64,000 nt of DNA from Octopus sinensis (taxonomy: Eukaryota): positions 101,866,001 to 101,930,000 of the forward strand of contig NC_043005.1 in the NCBI RefSeq assembly GCF_006345805.1. The letters are read 5' to 3'. Positions 53,640 through 64,000 of the stretch are shown one piece after another. Below the pieces are notes generated by a model. That model worked only from the letters and a program-made list of their open reading frames with translations. It did no database searches and was not told where the DNA came from. Numbering within the stretch: the first letter of the stretch is position 1; every line of letters begins with the position of its first letter. Made by a program: the position numbers and the translations under genes.

Positions 53640-54260
53640 ACTGTTATACAGAATGTTATATAAATTCTCTTATTTAGAACTTGTGTTTTACACTGTTATA
53701 TAGACTCTGTTGTATACAGGTTGTTATATACCTATTTCATTATTACCCACAAGGGGCTAAACATAGAGGGGACAAACAAGGACATACATAGGTATTAAGT
53801 CGATTACATCGACCCCAGTGCGGAACTGGTACTTAATTTATCGACCCCGAAAGGATGAAAGGCAAAGTCAACCTCGGCGGAATTTGAACTCACAACGTAA
53901 CGACAGACGAAATACCGCTAAGCATTTCATCCGGCGTGCTAACGTTTCTGCCAGCTCGCCGCCTTTGTTATATACCCTTTGTTATATACAGATTGTTATA
54001 TACCCTTTGTTATATACAGGTTGTTATATACCCTCTGCTGATTAGAAGTAGGCATATGCAACCGTATGTGTACAACCTGCTGTATTGAATCAGTTATATT
54101 GAACCAGTTGTACTGAGCATGTTATATATACCCACGACTGTATATAAATGATCTTTAATAACAATTTCTATACATAATATTATAGATAAGCTGTTGTGTA
54201 CAAAGTGTTGAATCCATACTTGTGCATGCCATCTGTTATATGCAGTTGTATCCCAAATAT
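53640..54260. repeat. Degenerate TGTTATATAC minisatellite interrupted by a SINE
   Basis: Repeated (c/g/t)tgttatatac(a/c) units on both sides of 53733-53964, decaying rightwards. Confidence 0.6.
53733..53964 (-). mobile_element. SINE family B monomer inserted in a TGTTATATAC minisatellite
   Basis: Reverse complement of the B consensus; ttgttatatacc flanks both sides (53721-53732, 53965-53976). Confidence 0.88.
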
Positions 54261-55950
54261 TATGCTGGGTTCTGGTTTTTTACAACCTGCCATATAATAT
54301 GCATTTATCTGTTACTGCGCTACAACATAATATCACGAAACAGGACAATCTTCTCTCAGAAAGAATGCAATGGCATAATAAAATCTTTATTGGAAGAACG
54401 AGTTTTCGATTTCTGTTCAAATTAATGTTGTCAAGAATTTACTGGCCAAGAAAGGCAATTTTGTACAGCCTACATTTAAATAATTTAAGCATAACGTCAG
54501 TGTAGAGCCGAATCTGTGTATTGCTGAATTTTTTCTCATATCTAACGATTCAGTTGAAGATACAAAACGCTATGGGAATAATTGAAACGTAGTAATTTAT
54601 ACATTTCTTTCCGAACAACATACGATGTAATCATAAAGGGAAGGGATGTCCAACGTTTACCATCTTAACACTACAGCAAGGGATCTGGAGAACTTTAGTG
54701 ACGCCAGGTTTGCAATAAAATTATTTACACTTGGTGAATACTATCACCATCTTTATATATATAATATATTATGTTTTCCCAGCATTAATATACATAAATC
54801 AAGATACTATTTTGAGAAGAAAACGCTATCGTAACTGATATTTAAGTTTCATAATAGTATAATAATTTGTGATGATTTACTGTTTTGGAGTTCACAATCA
54901 CATGGTGAAACACTTGATACCCTGTCATTGATACAAATAATCTAAAACAAAGCTATTAATATTCAGCTCTAAAGTGGTTTCAACCAGCGATTTATAAAGT
55001 TATATAAGATTTCGTGGAATTGAAAATATTCTGATACAGTGAGATTACACTGCATTACAGCATTTTTGTATAAGTTAGTTGGATATACTTACATCACAAA
55101 TACTCACGAAAATGGTATGGTGTCATTTAGTGAACCGAGTCAGGGGTTGGACATATTTCATCTGTTCACAACCTACACTGCAAAGAGAAAAATGGTGGCT
55201 AGCCTTTATCGTCAACAAAAGTAATACATGTCCTAACAGTTTCTGGGTGTCAGTGGAATGGAGGTATTTAAAGTACAGGTGTTAGTTCGAACTCCTAAAA
55301 TTTCTTTCAGTTTCAGAATGTTGAATTTTACAAATGCGTTTTACGATATTTCTCAGAATGTCTTTCAAAATTTATCTGAAACCTAATACCAGGGCTTTCA
55401 AATGTAATTCACAGGGCACGGTTTCAATCTACAGTTGAAAACATACTTTGTTTTAAAGTTTATTTCCGCTTTCACCTTATAACATGAATGTATACATATA
55501 TACATAATTATATGCAACACGAAATACAAGTATGCTACAAACACACACGTATATATACATCCACATACTTATGTACACACACACACACATATGCATACAT
55601 AACCATTGATATATTATTTTAAAGAAAGCAATACATGTAGTCGATCTACTTTTTACGTTTCAAAAATGTTCCCTTTCGTCTGTACCTCTTGTCCTCACCA
55701 TAGACCATACGTATTATACTCTTTATTCGAGTATCAATCTCTCTTTCCCTTTCTCGCTTTCTCTCTTCACACGCATGTATTCACACAGTGATTTAAGCCT
55801 CAAAGCGCGCCCATATTCACATATACATATACCACACACAAAAACTAAAACATATATATGTACGTACATGCGCAAACGGATACAGAGGTATACACATACA
55901 TCCGTACACACGAATATACATGTATTTGTAAGTGTGTAAGTATTTACGTA

Positions 55951-56000
<50 letters not shown>

Positions 56001-56784
56001 GTGTGTGTTGTGTACCCATGTACCCAGCAATTTTTCCAAACATTCCATTTACAGCTCTAAGATCAATAGAAGACATTATTTTGTACAAAGGTATGAATGA
56101 AAGATATTCTTTTACGTATTTCACCAGCACACACTCATACCCGCGCACACGCTAACAGACACACATGTGCACATGCAGACACCCGTACATACACACATAC
56201 ACAGACACGCATAAGCGACACGCCTCATAAACCTTACGTATACGGTGTAAAACAATTGAAAGAAGAATATAGAGAAGTTGTAAAATAGGTGTCTTCAGAC
56301 GCTCCTTCCTTGGAATCCTTATTGTTTGTACTTTTTGGCTCGTTATATTGATGTTATAAGGCGGATGAATGTAGCTTTGTGAATAGAATTATAATAGTAT
56401 GAGGATATATTCTTCGGAGAAGAGATTATTGTTGAGAAATATTGAAGATGTAAACAACAAACAACTTTGAAATCATTATCAACAACAGCAACAACAACAA
56501 AAATCATTATCAATAGCAACACCAGGAACAAGAGAATACTGTTATCAATAATAACAACAACACGAACAGCAACAATTATTGTAAGTCTCTGTTTCTATGA
56601 AACTAGAAAAAACAACAACCCTAAGGTAAATAAACAAGATAGGCTGAAAGTATATTAATAATACAACAACATTAATAGACAGGGGCGAAAATATTTGGTT
56701 ATATAATATTATTACGGCTTACGTATATACATCGACACACATTTACATGGCACACAGGCAGAAACATAGTTATATGCACCAGAA

Positions 56785-57090
56785 TATGTGTGTGTGTATA
56801 CGTGTATGTGTGTGTGTGTGTATGTATGTATACGTGTGTCTGTGTGTGTGTGTATACGTGTATGTGTGTGTGTGTATACGTGTGTCTGTGTGTGTGTGTA
56901 TACGTGTATGTGTGTGTGTGTGTATACGTGTATGTGTGTGTGTGTGTGTATGTATACGTGTGTCTGTGTGTGTGTATACGTGTATGTGTGTGTGTGTGTA
57001 TGCGTGTGTCTGTGTGTGTATACGTGTATGTGTGTGTGTGTGTGTCTACGTGTGTCTGTGTGTGTGTATACGTGTATGTGTGTGTGTGTA
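56785..57090. repeat. Minisatellite of TATACGTGT(A/G)T(G/C)(TG)n units
   Basis: TATACGTG recurs, separated by variable TG runs. Confidence 0.9.
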
Positions 57091-57198
57091 TCATACAGTT
57101 TGAATGAAAAATAAAATTCCTCAAGACAAAGAAACATTGACATGATGAAGAACATCACCCCCCCCCCACCACCACCACCATCATAATCATCATCGTCG

Positions 57199-57231
<33 letters not shown>

Positions 57232-57884
57232 ACTTCATCATGAATATTGGTGTCAACACCGTTATTGCCACTGCCCTGACCACCACCACTGACAGTACCG
57301 TTTCTACCGCTGTACATCACCTCCAACATTTCAACTGCTACAAACTTTTCTCACTAGCATCACACCTACCGTTGCCAGGAATACAACATTCCTCCTATTC
57401 ACCAAATATTCTCAAATAGTAAAATAAAATGACAGCAAATTCTTCAACACAATATTTCAATATTCTACAGTTATACATATTGGCTGGATGTCTTGTTTAG
57501 AGCATCTCTCTACTCTCTGTCTGTCTGTCTGTATGTCTGTCTGTCTCTGTCTATCTATCTTTCTCACTATATATTTACATACATATATATATATATGTGT
57601 GTGTGCGCGTGTATATATATATATATATATGTGTGTGTGTATGTATATATATATGTATATATATATATATATAAATATATACATACATACATATATACAT
57701 AATATTATTAGACGACGTATAGGGGTTCGACAATTTCTTACCGAACAACCACACAGATGATTTGTTTATAGTGATCAAATTTTTGTGTTGACATAAGGTC
57801 ACTTCTTCCATCAGATTGACATTACCTGTACAGGTAATCGTGAGTGCCGCATCTTAACTAATTAGCCATGCACTTATATATATA

Positions 57885-58830
57885 CGACAGTGAGATGAAA
57901 AGTTCATAGGCTAACTATGAAGCAGTGATGCTACAACTGTGAAATCTTGCATACATTAACTTCAACACTTCTTATTGGTTAATGAAATTTTTGTTTCCAA
58001 TTAAACTGACGGCTGATTGTCCAAAGAAAACTTCAAATGTAACTCGTAGAGACTTCGCTTGAAAATGTGAAAATTTAGCCTCATGATACTAACAAGTAAC
58101 TGCAGAAAAAGGAATCAGCCCCGATGATGTACATGCCGACATGGTTGCTATCGTAAGAGATGTCTCTGGAGCTTTATCAATTGTGGAAAAGTTAAGAGCT
58201 GAATTAAGGAATGGAAGTGTGGGTCTTGACTGACGGTTTGGACGTCCTGCAATTACTACCATTCAAGGAAATACAAGATGTTGGATGACATGCGATTGAC
58301 AATAAATCAAATAACCAATACCATTAGCATATCTTGTGAGAAAGTCGAGAATATTATACACAATGAATTTGTTAAGACGAAGATTTCTGCTCGGTGGGTG
58401 CTACGTCTTCAGGCATGTGATCAGAAGTGCAGCACGTTGATCACGGGAAAATCTAACATTCTCTGAGATAGATCCAGCTGGTCTCCTTAAATGTTTTGAA
58501 GCCCAACATGAGTTTTGGCTCCATGGCTTTGAGTCAGGAACAAAGAGATAGTACATGCCATGGAAGCACCAACTCTCAACTGCTCTAAAGAAGGCGAAAG
58601 TCGTTCCGTTTGCGACCTGATGGCCTCAGATTTTTTCGGATGCAAACGGCACTGTGTTTATTGACTCTTCAACTGGGATATACCTTTAATGGAGAGTACT
58701 ATGCTGAATTAGTGAGGCAATTACGAAAGGCTAGTAGGGCCAAGTGGCCAGGAAAACTGACGAAAGGTATCTTGTTTAACCAGCTCAATGTCCCAGCAGT
58801 GGTGTCAATGTCTGCTGTGCGTGGCTGGCT
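57885..58830 (+). pseudogene. Mariner transposon remnant, 3' end lost at (TA)n
   Basis: TA|CGACAGTGAGATGAAAAGTTC TIR-like start. Fragments: GISPDDVHADMV, RFGRPA, DDMRLTINQI..ISIS.EKVENIIHNE..KISARWV and FNGEYYAELVRQLRKA..KWPGKLTKGILF. Confidence 0.85.
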
Positions 58831-58834
58831 TTAA

Positions 58835-59045
<211 letters not shown>

Positions 59046-59698
59046 GTACGTATAAGCAACAGAGGCAGTATTAATATGCACTTTTGTTTATATCGCATTT
59101 TGTGACAAAGCCAGTATGAAAGTTTCTCCATTGGTATTTACCGCAATAGAGTTTGTTTGAAAAGACCATCCACGTTGAAGTGGTGGATAAGTATTACCCC
59201 TGGAAGAGAACCATATAAATATACACCCTTATAACAAAGTAAAACCAAATTTATTCTATCGGGAAACAGCTGGTTTTAATATTGTCAGTATCTTAAATTC
59301 TATGGTGTTTTGATATTTTAATTAAATGTTTTATATAAAATATCTTAGTACTCCCTGCCTAGCGAGCAACTCAAGGTTATATTGAGAAGTAAATTGTAAT
59401 ACTTTACGTTTCTAGTCTTTTGACAAATAACGTTATATTTGTTTATAATGTACTTCAAAATTTACAAACCACACTATAATAGCAATCTGCTACACGACTA
59501 GATGAATTATCGCCTTTGGTGATTCTTGCTGTAAGTGGGCTAATAATTTTTGATAAAATTTAGAAGATATTTAATGATTTGAATTCTTTTGGATCTAATG
59601 CTATTTCATTAGATTTCATAAACAGAAAATTATAGTCTCGAGTTATTCATGTTGCCGTTGTGATCATACGGACTGAGTATTTAAGAGTGGCTGTGTAG

Positions 59699-59952
59699 AG
59701 GTGCAGGAGTGGCTGTGTGGTAAGTAGCTTGCTTACCAGCCACATGGTCCCGGGTTCAGTTCCACTGCGTGGCACCTTGGGGAACTGTCTTCTACTATAG
59801 GCTCGGGCCGACCAAAGCCTTGTGAGTGGATTTGGTAGACGGAAACCGGAAGAAGCCCTCCCTATATATGTATATATATATATATAATATATATATATAT
59901 ATAATATATATATATATGTGTGTGTGTGTGTTGTGTGTGTGTGTGTATGTGT

Positions 59953-60011
<59 letters not shown>

Positions 60012-60205
60012 TGTGTTTGTCCCGCCCAACATCGCTTGACAACCGATGCTGGTGTGTTTATGTCCCCGCAACTTAGTGGTTCGCAAAAGAACCGATAGAA
60101 TAAATGCTAGGCTTACAAAGAATAAGCTCTGGGATCGACTTGCTCGGCTATAGAGGCGGTGCTCCAGTATGACCGCAGTCAAATGACTGAAACAATTAAG
60201 AAGGA
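59699..60205 (+). mobile_element. SINE family A, full length
   Basis: Aligns with 12565-12968; internal TA/TG tract at about 59865-60010. Confidence 0.87.
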
Positions 60206-60649
60206 GAGTAATGAATGTTAATACTAATCTCACTATCTTATTTTTGTTGTTGTTTCGTCACAGCAGTTTAGAAGTTCTTTTTATTGTATCAATCAAGGTA
60301 GAAGACATGTCAACGATTTTGTTTCTGATTCGCCCCAAATCAATCAAGTCCAGTCGTCAGCTGTGTCTACTAAAGCCCAATAAATCCTCCTATATATTAC
60401 CTGAAGAGGTTAAATAAGACTGAAGCGTCCGGCGTTGTAACCACTGTCTACGTGGTTGTAGTTTTAATTAATCATCAAACCTCGCATTAAAAAAAAATTT
60501 AACCAGGCTGCTTACCGTTCAGAAATGAAAAAAAACTATACCCTTGTATCACCAAAGGACACAAATAATTACATTTGATGGCCATCACACCTTCTTATTC
60601 ATCAGTGAGCGTTGAAACTTTTCTATATTTTTATCATAGCGCTACTTGA

Positions 60650-60930
60650 CCTTAAAATACATTTAATATGATTATATCGATAGTTTTTATTACAGTATAG
60701 TTGGGACACCCAGTAATGTATGGAAAAAATATTTTGTCATGACACGTTTTAAAAGTGATAATAAACTCCACCAGCGTCATACAAGCAGCTCTATCGGTAT
60801 CATATGCCATTATATTTCTCGGGTGGATTATTGCTTTTCGTGCCATAATTCTCAAGTTTATATTGAAATTGTTTCAATTTTGGTGTCTGTCGAAGATATC
60901 TTTCCTAAACTTCGGATTAATATCATTTCA
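60650..60930 (-). pseudogene. Possible Penelope-like linker fragment
   Basis: AGAAATATAATGGCATATGATACC resembles GAAGATATAATGGCATATCCCACC in the 4.9 kb PLE. Downstream GCPNYTVIK resembles YSCMPN..IIK. Confidence 0.35.
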
Positions 60931-61249
60931 TATTTGAACTGAATATTATATAACAACCAAACACACTCCATCATTATTCTCGAAGGGGTAACATTAATAC
61001 CTTCATGTGCACCCTGCCACTTAGCATTATGAGGACATTGGAGGTGAAATTATAACAGTATTGTTATATGGCTTGTCAGCTTTTAGAGTTGTCTAAGATA
61101 TCTCATACGATGCAAATAAATCGTTGATTTAGATACGATTTCTTGTTTTATATCCAAGTGATTCCAAACATTCATTGGTGACGTATGTCTTGAAAGAACT
61201 GCAGTTCATATAAGACATTGGCTATATTGGTAATATTCCCTGGTGATGA

Positions 61250-62048
61250 GGCGGCGAGCTGGCAGAATGGTTAGCACGCTGGGCGAAATGCTTAGCGTAT
61301 TTCGTCTGCCGTTACATTCTGAGTTCAAATTCCGCCAAGGTCGACTTTGCCTTTCATCCTTTCGGGGGTCGATAAATTAAGTACCAGTTACGCACTGGGG
61401 TCGATGCAATAGACTGAATCAGTTTGTCTGTCCTTGTTTGTCTCCTCTGTGTGTAGCCCCTTATGTGCAGTAAAGAAATAGGTATTTCGTCTGCCGTTAC
61501 GTTCTGAGTTAATATTCTGCCGGGGTCGACTTTGCTTTTCATCCTTTCAGGGTCAATTAAACAAGTAACAGTTATGCACTGGGGTGATGAAATCGAATTA
61601 ATCCCTTCCCCCAAATTTAAGGCCTTGTGCTTCCAGTAGAAAGGATAAGGCGGCGAGTTGGCAGGAACGTTAGCACGCCGGGAGAAATGCTTAGCGGCAT
61701 TCTGTCTGTCTTTATGTTCTGAGTTCAAATTCCACCGAGGTCGACTATGCCTTTCATCCTTTCGGCGTCGATTAAATCAGTACCATTTACGCACTGGGGT
61801 CGATGTAATCGACTTAATACATATGTTTGTCCTTGTTTGTCCCCTCTATGTTTAGCCCCTTGTGGGTAATAAAGAAATAGGTATTTCATCTGCCGCTACG
61901 TTCTAAGTTCAAATTCCGTACAGGTCGACTTTGTCTTTTATCCTTTCGGGGTCGATAAATTAAGTACCAGTTGCGTCGTGGGATCGATCTGTTCGACTGG
62001 CCCTTCCCCCCAAATTTCGGGCCTTGTGCCTAGAGTAGAAAAGAAACG
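61250..62048 (+). mobile_element. SINE family B concatemer (head-body-body twice) with a single 18-bp TSD
   Basis: Heads at 61250 and 61649; bodies restart at 61482 and 61881. TSD aatattccctggtgatga (61232-61249) / aatattccctggtaatga (62049-62066). Confidence 0.88.
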
Positions 62049-62563
62049 AATATTCCCTGGTAATGAAATAAGATCATAAGTTAATTTTTTCAATAGAATA
62101 TCGTCGGTATTTTTCTCAAAGAAAGTAATTAGAAATAAAAAATAGGAAATATCCAATCAAATAAAATAATTAATAATATAGCAATACATTCAATTTAGAG
62201 TTTACACTATTTTATACTTTTAACTATCAATTACTAAGAACTAATTAAGTGAGTGAAATTTAGAACTTATAGTCTGAATTATAAATTTCGACTTAAAATA
62301 ACTTTTGATGAACGCAGAATGTTGTACATTTTACTTTTACATAACTGAGAGAAAATAATTAAAATTTCTTCTACAGTTTTGAATTATTTTTGATTAAAGG
62401 AAACAAAATTCTTCAGTGTCATTGATGACTGATGTTTGCGTATTTCGTATTTCATTATCAATGAAACCTAAATTACGTCCGATTTTTACTGACTATGTAA
62501 AGAAACTAGGAATGTGAGGTATATCTCTCAATTATATCTATAGTAAGTTTCGTAAGTTTTTAA

Positions 62564-62975
62564 GGCGGAGAGCTGGCAGAATCGTTAGCACGCCGGGTGG
62601 GATGCTTAGCGGTATTCTTCTGCGTTACGTTCTGAGTTCAAATTCCGCCGAGTTCGACTTTGCCTTTCATCCTTTCGGGGTCGATTAAATAAGTACCAGT
62701 TACGCACTGGGGTCGATATAATCGACTTAATCCGTTTGTCTGTGCTTGTCTGTCTTTTCTGTGTGTAGCCCCTTGTGGGTAGTAAAGAAACAGGTATTTC
62801 GTCTGCCGTTACGTTCTGAGTTCAAATTCCGCCGAGGTTGACTTTGCCTTTCATCATTTCGGGGTCGATTAAATAAGTACCAGTTACGCACTGGCGTCGA
62901 TATAATCGACTTAATCCGTTTGTCTGTCCTTGTTTGTCTTCTCTGTGTTTAGCCCCTTGTGGGTAGTAAAGAAAT
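62564..62975 (+). mobile_element. SINE family B, head plus two tail-1 bodies
   Basis: Second body restarts at GGTATTTCGTCTGCC near 62793. Confidence 0.88.
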
Positions 62976-64000
62976 TAAGTCAGTAAGTTTCTTTCTATCA
63001 ATATTTAGAATCTGATACTCGATTCTTATCTGAACATAAGAGTTGCTAATTCATATTGTTACAATGTGCAATGCAAATAATACATTAAACTACGCCTTAT
63101 ATTCGAAGATGTGTCAAGGTAAAAGGTATTCAGAGACCAAATTATGACAAACTCTATTTAATTTGCTTGCTTTTCAGGTGTTGCCAAATTTTTTCATAAG
63201 CATATCAAGTGTTTATTTCAGCTAAAACTAATTTGCAGGAGAATTAAGTCCAGTTACCGTGAACAAAGAAGAAATCGTCGCTTTGGTTACACATTCCTTA
63301 ATTATATCTAGAGGTTTTGGTTTAGAAAAGTTATGATCAGCGGAAAACCGTCTTCAGGGTACAGAGTTTGGTTAAGATCAAAGGTTTATGGAGATGTAAA
63401 CCGATATTTTGAGACAGTCATTCATTTGGTTGATATAACCTGTGCAAATGCGTTGTGGTTAGTGCTCACCATGAATATAAGTTAGGAAGGGTGTAGCGGA
63501 GGTGACAGTTAGAGATCGTAAATATAAAAGAGAATTTAAAAAATTAAATCGAAAATAAACTATACATTTTGGCGTCTTTAAGAAGATTTATGCTTATTAA
63601 CTTAACCGGTTTCAAAATTTCATGTTTAAAAATCTAGCGTATGATAGAGTGACATAAGGCATTGCAGTAAATGTCTCGACTCAGTGCGCAGTTTGAAAAC
63701 GCGCTGCTTTTTATGAAGAGATTATATCGGAAGTTGCCAAATTTTACCATATCATAATATCAATTCGATTGACTGCAGGTGTTCACGAGTTCAGGCACAA
63801 AATATCTATGTACATACATACACATACACACACATACTTGGACACGTATGTTTCCATAGGATTGTCTTCCATTTTAGTTTAAGTAGCGCATTATTTCGTA
63901 TTACTGAATTTGATTTAAAAATAATGAAACATAAGGTTTATGACGGTGTTGTGAGTGCAATCGTCGAACTTGTGGCACTGTCAGGAAACTTGGTAATCTA

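Noticed and set aside
55079-55285. GWTYFICSQP...LAFIV resembling an RTE endonuclease motif
   Set aside because: Similarity is limited to a few residues with no supporting motifs nearby.
56785-57090. Regularly repeated TATACGTG units as a CRISPR-like array
   Set aside because: The spacers are just TG runs and the context is eukaryotic; it is a minisatellite.
60401-60435. CTGAAGA-GG...CT-GAAG-CG-TC hammerhead-like string
   Set aside because: GAAG instead of GAAA, weak stem II and no stem I pairing; at best a very decayed pLTR.

Overview
An AT-rich, microsatellite-dense animal genomic window. The repeat content suggests a mollusc, most likely an octopus; this is inferred from recalled repeat families, not from a database search. 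Most of the window is mobile-element DNA. It contains one Tc1 element with an intact DD34E transposase (ATG 21716 to stop 20700, minus strand) and ~225-bp IR/DR terminal repeats, three decayed mariner remnants, and a hAT MITE with an 8-bp TSD. There are also two unclassified long-inverted-repeat elements and decayed LINE fragments (RTE, L1/Tx1, an R4/Dong-like 3' end in a TAA repeat, Penelope-like RT/GIY-YIG). At least four tRNA-derived SINE families are present in many copies. No complete host gene can be built; a few candidate exons lie at about 33.7-36.8 kb. The best lead is a small repeat with a tRNA-like Pol III head, a (TAA)n tract and a minimal type I hammerhead ribozyme with an intact core (52077-52122, minus). 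It occurs as inverted pairs at two loci. A second, unrelated hammerhead motif sits at 18779-18814, and Penelope-like elements that could mobilise such RNAs lie in the same window. A SINE concatemer of ~800 bp flanked by one 18-bp TSD (61250-62048) is also notable. Most ORFs in the supplied track are microsatellite artefacts. All alignments and translations were done by eye.
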